This document shows, piece after piece, positions 23,012 through 35,992 of a stretch of 41,549 nucleotides of DNA. The notes under the pieces are model-generated. The model was not told where the DNA came from and did not search any database. It worked only from the letters and a program-made list of their open reading frames with translations. The position numbers and the translations under genes are program-made. Source of the DNA: Piedraia hortae CBS 480.64 (lineage: Eukaryota); contig MU006011.1 of NCBI GenBank assembly GCA_010093745.1, forward strand, positions 62,001-103,549. The letters run 5' to 3'. How positions within the stretch are numbered: position 1 is the stretch's first letter; each line of letters opens with the position of its first letter.

Positions 23012-24669
23012 ATGAAGCAACACCAAAGCGACCTAGAAATGGACAAGCCAAGCGCGCAAACGATTGAAGCACCGGTTGCGACGGATCTCGATGCCGATCT
23101 TGATCCGGACAAGGATTTGAGTGAAGCGGAGAGGGCTCAAGCGGTATGTTCCTCATGCGCGTGTGCAGACTGCATTCGCTGAGTCTGCAAAGGATAAGAA
23201 GCTGTTGCGAAAACTGGACCGCTTGCTCATTCCATGGCTTACATTGCTCTATCTCGCTTCGTTTCTTGGTGAGTTGCGGAGAGGGATGGGGGGGCGTATC
23301 GTTCTGATTGGGAAACAGACAGAAGCAACATCGGCAATGCCAAGGTCGATGGCCTGACAAAAGATCTTAAGATGACGGATGGCCAATACAATGCTTCTTT
23401 GTCGGTCTTTTTCATCTCATATGCCCTCTTTGAACCGCTCACCAATGTCCTGCTCAAACGACTGAAACCGTCGGTGTTCCTCCCGCTTATTACTGTTCTG
23501 GTTGGGATATGCATGACGTGCATGGGACTCGTGCATAACTTCTCTGGGTTGATGGCTGCAAGGTGGTTCTTGGGCATGGCGGAAGCGGGACTTTTCCCTG
23601 GTGTCAACTACTACCTTTCCTGCTGGTACAGAAGGTCTGAAATTGGCATCAGAGTTGCGATATTCTTTTCGGCGGCTGCTTTGGCTGGGTCGTTTGGTGG
23701 TCTGCTGGCTGCAGCTATTGCGAAGATGGGCGGCATTGGCGGAAAGCCGGGTTGGGTTAGTCATACTCCATCTCTGAAAGACCGCATACTGACGCAGACG
23801 TAAAGGCATGGATCTTCATCCTAGAGGGCCTCGCCACAGTCATCATCGGCATAATCTCCATCTGGATGGTTCACGACTTCCCCGACGAGGCCAAATTCCT
23901 CTCCCCCGACGACCGATACCGCCTAACCCGTCGTCTCGCCGCGGACGCCCAAAGCTCAGCCAAGCACGAAGACTTCCAAATGATCTATTTCTGGCAATCA
24001 GTCAAAGACTGGAAGACGTATGCCTTCGCGATCGTCTACATGGGCTGCACTGGCTCCTTGTACGCATTCTCCCTCTTCCTCCCCACCATCGTCAAAGAAC
24101 TCGGCTACACCAGCACGCGCGCAAACCTGCTATCAGTCCCACCTTACGCGGCAGCAGCAGTCCTCACCGTCGTCATCGGCAAGGTAGCGGATAAAACCCG
24201 ACGCAGAGGTTTCTGCAACATGTGCACCTCCATGATCGGGATAATCGGGTTCAGCATGCTCCTCGGTAGCAACAACGCAAAGCTAAAATACGCGGGTACG
24301 TTTCTCGGTGCGTTGGGGATATATCCCTGCATCCCGAATACCATTGCCTGGACGGCGAACAATATCGAGGGCGTGTATAAGAGAGGCGTTACCATCGGGT
24401 TTGTCATTGGTTGGGGAAATCTCAACGGAATCGTCAGCTCGAACGTTTACCAGGCGAAAGATAAGCCGGGTTATAAACCTGGTCATGGCGTCGTTTTGGG
24501 TTATATGGCCATTTTCCTGCTGTGTGGGAGTATGATGACGCATCTGGCGCTGCAGAGGGAAAACCGGATCCGGAGAAAGGGTGGGAGGGATCACTGGATC
24601 CAGGGGAAGAGTGAGGAGGAGATTCGCAAAATGGGTGATAAGAGGCCGGATTTTGTGTATGTTACTTGA
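23012..24669 (+). CDS. MFS transporter, allantoate permease (Dal5/Tna1 nicotinic-acid transporter-like) family
   Basis: Introns 23144-23192, 23269-23318, 23756-23805; LLRKLDRLLIPWL..SFLDRSNIGNAK, RWFLGMAEAGLFPG, WIFILEGLAT, NLLSVPPY, WTANNIEGVYKR. Confidence 0.93.
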
Positions 24670-24777
24670 TCTATTGCATTCTATGCGATTCTACCGTGGA
24701 ATTTGATTAAGATGTGGTCGTCGAGCTGGTTGGCTGGGCTTCGAACCCTAAAATCACCTCACCTCAAGCAACAAGCA

Positions 24778-24948
24778 ATGCCAAAGCAGTACCCACCAAA
24801 GCCGCGCAAGACGCTCGGCTCCGGACTCGGCCCAGGAAGCGGTTACCGCCCGCCGCCTTATCAACCTCGGAAGTTTGTCGGCACGAGGATCGGTGTCGCC
24901 CTCGCCGTCTTCGTCGCTGCTGTTGCTGTACGCTCGTTGCCAGGGTGA
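24778..24948 (+). CDS. Possible small single-pass membrane protein (3' exon structure unresolved)
   Basis: MPKQYPP..PPPYQPRKFVGTRIGVALAVFVAAVA: basic/Pro-rich leader plus hydrophobic helix; possible GTACGC donor at 24928. Confidence 0.4.
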   Translation: MPKQYPPKPRKTLGSGLGPGSGYRPPPYQPRKFVGTRIGVALAVFVAAVAVRSLPG

Positions 24949-25414
24949 TTGATGGAATGCTTTGCTGGAGGGATGAGCCGGATTAGGAGGAGAGATGCTT
25001 CGCAGTTCGAATGGATTGGGATGCTGTTGAGTGAAATCGGGATGGGAGATGGGTGGGGTGGTGCTGTGTTCAAGGCTGATGGATCCAGACTGAAACGGAA
25101 GGGGGGGACCAGAGCTGTGAGGTTTGGCGGAGGGAGGAGGGAAGCATGGGATGCATGGCATTTCGATGTCTGGGACTTTGTGTCGTATACCCGTGCTGTA
25201 GGCTGAGACGTAAATGCGTGAGATGGGCTTGTGAGGAAGGACATCTGCTCTACTCCTCGACCTTGACATGATCAACGAGATTGTGCTTCTAGTAGCTGTG
25301 CGGAATGCATGGCATTCCATCCCTATTGGGTACCCCCATCATCTCGTCTGATCTCCCCTTAACCTTTGATCCTCCACCGTTGAACCTCACTTCAGCTACT
25401 ACTCCACAGTCATA

Positions 25415-26020
25415 ATGAAGATCAACACGACAACCGCGATCCAAGGCCGCATCCTCCTAGTCCCTTACTGCAAACAGCACGTAGCGCAGTACCACGAATG
25501 GATGCAAGACGCACACCTCCAAGCCACCACGGCGTCGGAACCTCTAAGCCTAGAAGCCGAATACTCCATGCAGCGCTCCTGGCGCGAAGACGGGGATAAA
25601 CTGACCTTTATAATCTGCCTGCTTGATGTGAAGATGATTGGGGACGTCAACATGTTCCTATTTGCGGGTGAGAAAGAGTCACCGGTCGCTGAGGTGGAGG
25701 TCATGATTGCAGAGAAGGAGTACAGGGGAAGGGGGTATGCAAAGGCTGCGGTTAGTCTGTTCTTGAGCTATGTAATGGCTAATTGGGATGGGATTGTGGG
25801 CGAGTTTTCTGGACGAGTTGGGTCCAGAGGCCCAGAGTACTTTCGGGTCAAGGTTGGTGAAGGGAACACGGCGAGCATTCGCTTGTTCGAGGGGTTGGGG
25901 TTCAAGAGGATAAGTGACAAGGCGGATTACTTTGGAGAGGTGGAACTGCGGCTGGGAGATGCTTCGTGTGTGATTCTCCCAAAGGAAGATTGGCGGATTC
26001 TACATTACAATGGGGATTGA
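25415..26020 (+). CDS. NAT9: GNAT N-acetyltransferase, NAT9-like
   Basis: LVPY..HV.QYHEWM..TASEPLSLEAEYSMQRSWREDGDKLTFII, MIGDVNMF, EVEVMIAE..RGRGYA, N.ASIRLFEGLGF. Confidence 0.9.
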   Translation: MKINTTTAIQGRILLVPYCKQHVAQYHEWMQDAHLQATTASEPLSLEAEYSMQRSWREDGDKLTFIICLLDVKMIGDVNMFLFAGEKESPVAEVEVMIAEKEYRGRGYAKAAVSLFLSYVMANWDGIVGEFSGRVGSRGPEYFRVKVGEGNTASIRLFEGLGFKRISDKADYFGEVELRLGDASCVILPKEDWRILHYNGD

Positions 26021-26028
26021 TTTTCATC

Positions 26029-27309
26029 TTACAGCTTCTGGTACTCCAGTTTGCCCTCGAGTTTCTTCGCCTCGGCAACCTTGCGGATGGCTTTGTTGAA
26101 GTCGTCTTGATTGACGGCGTCACGATAGTCTTTTATGGCGAACAAGCCGGCTTCAGTGACGACGTTGCGTAGGTCGGCTCCGTTCAGGCCATCGCTCATC
26201 TTTACCACGCTCTCAAAGTCAATATCTCCCTCCTTCTGCAGCCCGGCGGCGTGGATCTTCAATACTTCCAACCGACCTGCTTCGTTAGGAAGGGGAATTT
26301 CGATTTTGCGGTCCAATCGCCCAGCACGCAGCAGCGCTGGATCTAATGTGTCGGGACGGTTGGTGGCCATGATGATTTTGGTCTTGCCGAGATAGTCAAA
26401 GCCGTCAAGCTGGTTGAGCAGCTCCATCAGCGTGCGCTGGATTTCGCGGTCAGCAGATGTGCCTTCGGAGAAACGTCGACCACCGATGGCGTCGATTTCG
26501 TCCATGAAGATGATACACGGCTCGTGTTCCTTGGCATAGCCAAACATTTCACGGATCAGTCTGGCCGACTCTCCGATATATTTATCGACAATGGCAGATG
26601 ACACGACTGGGAGAGAGGGTCAGTCTGGCGGCCATGATGCCTGGAAGGAGCTCACCTTTGAGGAAATTTGTCTCCAAGCTACTAGCAACGGCACGCGCAA
26701 GTAGAGTCTTTCCTGTGCCGGGAGGTCCATACAGCAAAACACCTTTGGGCGGTTTGATACCAACCCGCTGGAACAGTTCCGGATTCTTCAGCGGCAGCTC
26801 AATAACCTCCCGCAGTTCGCGAATCTGCTCGTTCAATCCTCCAATCCCGGCAAACGATACCTGGCCAGGGTCTTCCAGGGACATGTTGTAGACGAGGGGA
26901 TCTACCTCCCGCGGCAGCATGCGCATGATCGTGAGCGTCGTCATATCGAGCGCAACACGCGTACCCTGCTTGAGCTTGGTCTTGTCGACCTTTGAACGGC
27001 ATCCCACTACATAACGAGGCCCAGACGAAGCCTTTACAATGACTACATGGCGTCAGCAATCGCCTCCAATCGCCTCCAATGCGGCTCGTCCAACTCACAT
27101 CGTTCGTCGTCCAGCTGCTTCAAAACTTCGCCAATTATTTGCCCTACGCTCTGTAGCGCCTTAATGTTCTCTTCTGATACATCGAACTTGTGTTGCAGTG
27201 CTTTGATGTCTGACCGCAGCGCCTTAAGTTTCGCCTCAAACTCGCGTGATTCCAGTAGCTTTGTCTTGTACTCTGACAGCGCATGCTCTCTTTCCGGATC
27301 GCTGCTCAT
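26029..27309 (-). CDS. RPT4: 26S proteasome regulatory AAA ATPase subunit 10B
   Basis: Introns 27043-27098 and 26607-26655; [44 protein letters not shown]-terminus [12 protein letters not shown]. Confidence 0.97.
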
Positions 27310-27700
27310 GACGGCTCCGGTGGTTTATGCAGTTTTGGGACAGGTGGGGCTTGGTATCGTTGCGACTGGCTGTACAGAGAATTGCAGGTGCTGCCCCATT
27401 GCGATGGAGTTGCAACGGCCCGCATGGCACGGGCCGTTAGGGTTGAGCTGCCACCAATGACAAGCAGGGATGTCCGAGAGGGGTCTCAACCGAACGCCCA
27501 ATTCTCGATGTTCGAAGGGATAGTAGAATGCTGATGGACGACATTCTTCAAACCTCAGGTCTGGCAGAGGGCCATTTTGCTCTCCTTGCACAGTACGTTC
27601 ACAATCACATAACGTCATGGTAATTACGGTCAGTAACGCCATCGGCTGATGTCGGGAGTACCCCTCCAAGCCCCGCGGCCGTAGAGAAGCACCGTCATAG

Positions 27701-29199
<1,499 letters not shown>

Positions 29200-29672
29200 A
29201 TCAACCCGGTCCCGCTCCGTCGGAGTAGGTAGTCCAGAATTCAAGTTTCCCGCATACTTCTTTTGTTGTCGGCATGTAACTTGATGACAGAAAGCAGGGC
29301 CGTCGCCAGGGACTTTTCAAAACTTGGTCTCTACACGTCGCTGTTGCAATCAATTTGCGATTGATGTTCTCGCCAGAAACCAAGATAAAGCGATCCCTAT
29401 TATACGAGAAGTACGGCCTCATCCACTGTAAGTGTTTCTTATGTCTCTTTTAGTTCTCAACTGCTCTTACATTCCTTCCCTGATCATCGTTGCGGAATGC
29501 ATACTGGCTATCATCTCTTCTGGAATGCAGTGGAGATCAACAGGACGCGTAGCGTCAGTAGAAGAAGCCCCCGGTTTGCAATTGTTGCCTCCTACATCCC
29601 TCTCGCTTCTTACAGTAAGCGGAAGTCACTCTTTTGAATCGACTTTAACACACACGGCATCTATACTCGACC

Positions 29673-31166
29673 ATGAGGGTCAGAAGATCAGCGGCAGCCG
29701 CTGCTGCTTTGGCGGCAACGGGCGCCTATGCTTCTAATGCTGCCGCCATGTCTGCGATAACATCTTTGTCTTACAGTACTGTTATTCTTTCAAACTGCCC
29801 CGACTCTGCATCCAAGAAAAGCCTCATTACGGTTCCCCAGGGCATGACTGTCACCTACTGCCCTGATTGCGAAGGACGGGGCATGAGCTCCATGACCCAG
29901 GGCAGCCTTGGGCCGTCAGGCTCTGCCTCGCAGAGTCAGCCCGGCCATTCCACCATCTACACGACTACTTATGAGTCGCTCTGCCCAACGGGTGTGGTCA
30001 CCACTATCTACACCGTTACAGAAAGCTGCCCTGAGCCGACGCCGACCTGGACTCCTGATCCTGATGATGTTCCGCAGAACTACACCGTTACCGTCAAGGA
30101 ATGTACTGTCTGAGGCCCGTCGACCCAATCTGTGACCATTACCGAGCCATGTGGCTGCCACGCTCATAAGAGTACTCCGGTATCTACCCCAGTCCAAGCC
30201 CTATCGACAGTCACTGGTTGCTCTTCTCCAGCTAGATGGTCTACTGCTTCGGGTGGTTCTTCCGGTGGTTCGCCCTTCGCTCCGGGCGATTTGTCTGGCG
30301 GTTCATCTCCAGCTCCGGGCGGCTCTTCTTCCGGCGGATCATTGCCAGCTCCTGGAGGCTCTTCCGGTGGCTCCTTCGCTCCGGACGATTCTTCTGGAGG
30401 TTCGTCGCCTGCTGCGAGTGGCTCTTCTCCCGGCGGGTCATCCCCGGAATCTGGAAGTTCTGCCTCAGCTGGCTCCTCCCCAGCTGCTGGAGGTTTTTCT
30501 GGAGGCTCCTCCCCTAACCCCGCCGGATCATCGCCTGTGGGTTCATCGCCTGCTTCCGGCGGCTCTGCCTCTGCTGGTCCGCCAGTTACTGGTGGTTCTG
30601 CTTCTGCGGGATCGTCTCCTGCCGCTGGTGGCTCCGCTCCTGGAGGATCTGCTCCCGACACAGGCTCCACTGGATCGGCCCCATGCGGTTCCGGAAGTGG
30701 CTCAACACCCAAGAAGCCAGCCGCTGGTGGCTCATCTCCTGCCGACTCGGCAGCTCCGGCTGGTTCGGCAGCTCCATCTGGCTTTGCCCCAACCGGTTCA
30801 GCACCAGCCGAATCCTCGCCCCCTGCAGGTGGCTTATCTCCCGACGCCAGCTGTTCTGGTGGATCCGGAGGACCCGACTGTCCTGCCGCCTCAGCCTCTG
30901 GCAGCCCGGCTCCTGCTGCTGGCGCCGGCTCTCCAGCTGATACCGGCTCACCGGCGCACTCAGGCTCTGCCGCACCCACGGGCGCTGTAACTCGCGGCTC
31001 AGCCGCCAACTCACCCGCTGGCGCCATCACCGCCGCTTTCAGCGTCAGCTACGGTACCCCCACCACTGCCCCCGCCACTCCAGGTGTCGCGGCGAATGTC
31101 AAAAGTGTTTGTATCGTTGTCTCGTTTGCTGTTGCGGCCATTGTTGCTGTTGTTACTGGGTTGTAA
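29673..31166 (+). CDS. Secreted, probably GPI-anchored Ser/Gly/Pro/Ala-rich cell-wall protein with one in-frame TGA at 30111-30113 (may be a pseudogene)
   Basis: Ala-rich signal peptide, Cys/Thr-rich domain, GGSSPA repeats, hydrophobic C-terminal tail; ORFs 29673 and 30132 share one frame. Confidence 0.75.
30250..30990 (+). repeat. Coding degenerate tandem repeat (GGSSPAxGGS-like units)
   Basis: Recurrent GGSSPA/AGSSPA peptides about every 11-12 codons. Confidence 0.7.
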
Positions 31167-32635
31167 GGGGTTTGACATGGGAGGAGATGATAGGAGGGGG
31201 GGTTGGTGTAATTTTCCTTTTGGTTTCATTTTCTATGATATGGGGGGAGGGTGGTAGGTTTGTAGGGATGTATCGTTTTGTCATGCGCTCTTAATGTGGT
31301 GGGGAGGGAGTTGTGCGTGTTTGGGTGGTAAGTTGATCGCGTTTGTAATGAGGGTGATGTAGCCGTGTTGTGATACCGTAATGAAGTAACTGTAGGCGTG
31401 TTATGTGCCTATGTAGATTGGAAATTTGCTAGCGAATTCCTTGCCGTGTCCCGGTGCTTTCCATTCAATTTTACCAGCTGTACACCTGCTTGCGAACGCG
31501 TGGCCATGCTCTCCCTCGCACAGCCGTGGTCATTTACACCTGAAGGGTACCTCGACTCTCTGATATCCGATGATCAAGCCAGTTTCCTCACGCACGGCGC
31601 CTTTTCCCAGCTGTGAGGAGAGCTACGCAAGTCTTACCATCCACCCACGCTGATCTGACTGCTGGCATCGGTGTCACTCCTAGGACGGATCATAGAATGG
31701 TGGCTTCCATAGGAGGTGGAAAGAATACCGCGGAGATGCTGCAAGCACGGCTTGAAGGCCAAAGGGGAGCACGGGGTGAAAGAACTTGAGGGAGACTGAT
31801 AGCATCCTGCCAATCAAGTGGAGGGTGGCACGGGGAGGTTTTATAAGCTGTCATCAATACGTGTCTCGAGGGGAAGAGGAACCATAGATGGTGAGGTGGA
31901 TGAAAGCAAGATGGCAAAAGGTGAGATCCCATGGCTAACCTTTCGCTGGACAGAGTTAATATCCCTGTGGGACTACACTGGTGAGGCCTTGCACCCCCTC
32001 CAAGTCCAGTTCTACACGATACCATACCGGTTCTACATTGGAGATAATTCTGGCTACAATTCCAATATCCTCACCTGCCGCGAAGAAGAAAAAGTGAATC
32101 AAGTCTTTGATGAAAACCCAGTAAACAAACGCCATTCTTATACTTCCTGCACAGCTTGAAAGAAAAGCCACTCGGCAAAGTTTTATCCAAGCAACTGCAC
32201 TTTAAATAAACGCCTTAGCAGCTTGTATCATGAGCCCTCACCTAGCAGCCCCTTGCTACCCGCTGACGGTTCATCTAAACCGAACATGACCACAGTACAA
32301 ATCCGAGTAACAGAGCGAGTACGCGGCCAGAGCACCGAGTTAACGATCATAGCAGGGCTCCTTTCTATGTCTCTTTGTCGCACGAGAGGGACCCAGTCCT
32401 CTTTAGCAAGAATATGCATGAGGGATTTGCATTTCGTGGATACGATAATGTGTCGACAGCAAGGGCAGACGGGCTCTTGTCTTTCTGGCCAAGATCCTGA
32501 GCTGTCTGTAGTGAACGCAGAAATTGTAGCTCCCAGTAATCAATGCAGAACCGCAGGCCTCCGCTGGGGTTTTTTACAAAGAGGACCAGACGGGAATAGG
32601 AGCGGAGGTGGAAATAATGAATCCCTTCTGTAGGG

Positions 32636-33300
32636 AGTCATTCGAAGAGTCAGTACCGCGTGCGAAAGGCTGTTTTCCACTCGTCCCCTTCTGCGATGCG
32701 AAGGCGGTTGAAGGATTCCTGAAAGTCTAGCTTGGTGTACCATCCGGCTTGAAGAATTGGGTAGCAGTCCTTGACGATTATGGCGTTGAGGCCTCGGTAG
32801 CCTACACAGAATCGTAAACCACCACCCATCTTCTTAATGAAAAGAACCCACCCCTAGGTAGGTATTCCACGTCTTCGGGTCCAGCTTGGGGCGAAAGAGG
32901 ATGGCCTGTCCCTGCTCGTCAATGAACGTCTCCTGCAAGTGCCCGGGTGCCTCTTGGACCCGGTAGGTCATTTGGAGCCCCGGCACACTGGTGCAGTTTC
33001 GTTGGAGGTCTTGACGGGGTTCCTCAAAGGCTGCCAGGATTTTGTCGAGGACGGCGTCCCCTCTCCACTTCTGGGTTCGCACGGCGGCGTCACATTGGGA
33101 TTTCAGGCACCTGCAAAGACAGATATCCCATGCCAGGTGGTGAATCCACGGGATCTGCTGTTTTTGAGGGACGCGCGATGCGGTCCGAATAGAATAGGTG
33201 GGCTCTTCTCGTTGCAACTGCTCTGATCGGCCCATTGGACTCAAGAGGAACCCGTCCTTGCCATCGGAGGGTGCCGGAGTTCCCTCATCCGCGGGCATAT
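32636..33300 (-). mobile_element. Ty3/Gypsy gag/RT remnant
   Basis: [63 protein letters not shown] at ~32636-32850. Confidence 0.85.
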
Positions 33301-33410
33301 TTAGGTGTCGGTATCAGCAAGGAACCATTTCCAAGGGCCTTCGAAAAAGACTTAGTAGAAGATTACGTTCCAGACCAATTGCTCACGGGGGTTCAAGAGC
33401 CTGAACTTTA

Positions 33411-33723
33411 AGTGATGCATCGTGACACCGTGATGCAGTAAACCCTCGCATATGGTATTCAACCAGGTCGCATCTGCAAGCTTAGATAGAGGTCGATGCT
33501 TCTCAGGGTTTCTACCTCTATAGAGGAAATTTTCCCTGAGACGGGTCATTGTCTCATTCATGCTCAAAGGCATGGTTTGCTGACGTCTTCCTGGCAAATG
33601 CGGTTAGACTGAGGTAGCATGGGAAGGTTTCGAACCTTACCTCTGGCCAAAGTTGAGTGCACACATTTGTCGTTGATATACGTTCCGCTTTTGTCTTTAG
33701 AGGTTTACCCCTCCGACATCACA
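33411..33723. mobile_element. Full-length LTR (type A, ~313 bp) with ENE-like hairpin
   Basis: Termini (A)GTGATG..CATCACA; 33484-33637 homologous to 41154-41308 and the 2218 copy. Confidence 0.75.
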
Positions 33724-34228
33724 ACATTCGCCAGCAACCTTAGCTGCAAATCTTCAATAGCTCTCAAACAAGCCATCCCAGAACTCATAAGACTTTGAAT
33801 TTCGGAACGACAAATTTCTCCAATTCGTCTGCTCACTCCTATAAAGGGGCCAGCCACCGCTGTATCGTCTCGATATCAAGATTCGCAACTCTCCATTAGG
33901 GGAAAATGGGCTTCCCAATGGCGGCGAAGGAAGATCGTAAGGGTTTCCAGGATCGGATTACTGTGCCCACTTTATGGGAAATTGACCCAAAGGTGTGAAT
34001 AGCGCACTAGGTGATTGCGTAGGAGGGCTTAGTTTCACTTTCTCCAGATAGCTGGGCCTCAAATGGGTGTGATTGAAAAACGAAGAAGGGGGTCCTAATC
34101 TGTAGTCTTCATCGCATTGATTGTTCTCTTCACTTTCTTCGTATACTGCGGGATTCTGAATTAGCACATGTGGGAAAGGGAGTGCCAGCAAAAAAAAGAA
34201 AAAGAAAAAAAGATCTATAAGTAATAAA

Positions 34229-35356
34229 CTACATCATCTCTTTAAACTTGGACTTACCAGACTTGAGCACCTTGCTGCTGGTGGGAAGCGTACGCTGCCT
34301 CACCTCATGACAAGCATCGCAGAGACCACCACTGTGAATATATTTCTTTGGTGGCTGACCGCAATGTGTGCACACCTCCATCGCTTCTGGCAACGCAGCG
34401 TCAGCAAATGACATGCTCATATTCGACCCCGAAGTTCCCGGACGGCGGAACGGGTCTACCGCACGGCCTATGTGCAGCGCGTAGCTCTCGATTTTGGTGA
34501 AGGGGTTTTCACTGCCAGCCACTGCATCCGGGGTAGGGGTGTCTCTCTTACCTGCGGTGAGAGCGTTCTGCTCGTTGTTCGCGTGGGAGTCGTGTCGGGA
34601 ACTGGTGGCTAAGGTGGTGCGGGAATGGTTGGACGATTGTCGCCGCTCAAATGTCTCGCGATCGTTGGGATCCAGACGGACAATGTTCACGCCACGCACG
34701 ACTTCCTGAGAAAGATTGCGCATCTTGTCCGAGAGGCGGGCACTTTCTTTACCACTGCGAGGGCCGCGGCTGGGTGTTTCGGATCCGCGCGGCTCCTGCT
34801 GACGCGATGATTTGGAGGAAGGAGTGAACATTTTGCGAAAACCCTTTGGTGTGTACCACGACGGCGTCTTGGGCGTTCCCAAGGGTTTGACATCTGTGTT
34901 GACAGCTGTGGTGTTGATGCGTTCATGTTGTTTGCTATTCGCCCCTGCCTTTTTGGATGGTGTGCTAAAAGGGTTTTTGGGAGGAGTGTTGATTTGTCCA
35001 CCTTGTGTGGTTAGCCCTCGCCTGCGAGGTGTGAAATTTGCAGTACACACCAGTCCATTTGCGCGGCTGGGCCGAAGAGGAGGTTTTTGAGTAGAAGGAG
35101 ATCCAGTGCGGTTGGTGTTGTCCCTGCTAGATGAAGGAACAGTCAGCTTGGGTAGGTACGAATCCTGACCTACTACCAGCTTCCTGGCGGGCATATTCTC
35201 GTGTGGCAGCTTGGGAAGAGGCTTGTTCAAATCTACTACCGGCCTGCGACTTTGGAAGATGTCAACGTCTTGTTGCGCAAGAAAATCGGAAACTCCGTAC
35301 GCCTTCTTGTGTTTGGTGCTCTGCATCGCTGAGGAACGCTTCGTGGATGTGCTCAT
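34229..35356 (-). CDS. Hypothetical basic disordered protein with C-terminal CxxC-x13-CxxC
   Basis: 375-aa intact ORF, S/T/P/K-rich, CTHC..GLCDAC. Confidence 0.75.
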   Translation of the reverse strand: MSTSTKRSSAMQSTKHKKAYGVSDFLAQQDVDIFQSRRPVVDLNKPLPKLPHENMPARKLVVGQDSYLPKLTVPSSSRDNTNRTGSPSTQKPPLRPSRANGLVCTANFTPRRRGLTTQGGQINTPPKNPFSTPSKKAGANSKQHERINTTAVNTDVKPLGTPKTPSWYTPKGFRKMFTPSSKSSRQQEPRGSETPSRGPRSGKESARLSDKMRNLSQEVVRGVNIVRLDPNDRETFERRQSSNHSRTTLATSSRHDSHANNEQNALTAGKRDTPTPDAVAGSENPFTKIESYALHIGRAVDPFRRPGTSGSNMSMSFADAALPEAMEVCTHCGQPPKKYIHSGGLCDACHEVRQRTLPTSSKVLKSGKSKFKEMM

Positions 35357-35992
35357 GCTTAATTTCGTGAAATGACGGGTATGCTCACTGACTGAATGCT
35401 GTTGAATGTTTGATAGTGATGATGCTGTCAGAATTGAATATGAGTGAAGAGGGGCCGGAAGCGGATCTAAATAACGAGGGTTTTAGAGTCAAAGAACAAC
35501 GACCGCGATTGTCGTTGCTGTTCTTTGTTCTGTGAACAATGGGAAACAATCCGGGGTTAAAAGTCAATTGAACAATCAACTCAACATAGGAACAAAGAAC
35601 CGCACAATGAAACAGTACAGGTGGAAAGAAGACAAGACAACAAAAAGCACGGGTCAAAGAAAAGTCGAAAACAGACGCAAAGCAACTAGATAAAGAGCAG
35701 GAGAGACAATGAAGTGTGCATGGGGGCTCAATCCAGAAATTGACCAACAACAGAGGCTAGGCTCGGAATGGCCAAGACTTCATCACATAGCGAAGCTTAA
35801 CATCCAGCTCCAGCTCACATGTCATCTTGAGGACGCCGAAACCATGATGTACACGTTGAATCATCGAAGGCTTCATATTCTACACCCCTATTCCGCCAGA
35901 GTATGTATCTTTGGCATTGATTATTGCCAGTGCTGACCAAAGATGCTCTGCGTCTCTCTGCCCTCTCCGGCCTTGCTCTTGTCATTGGCGTT

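Noticed and set aside
7018..24669. Metabolic cluster of CoA ligase, kynureninase and Tna1-family transporter
   Set aside because: Separated by unrelated housekeeping genes; no backbone enzyme or pathway regulator; substrates unknown
27057..27080. 10-bp tandem duplication CAATCGCCTC in RPT4 intron 1
   Set aside because: Simple slippage; only explains why this intron is the longest
30151..31030. Long overlapping ORFs (279 aa plus, 288 aa minus)
   Set aside because: Shadows of the GC-rich coding repeat; the same applies to antisense ORFs over the housekeeping genes
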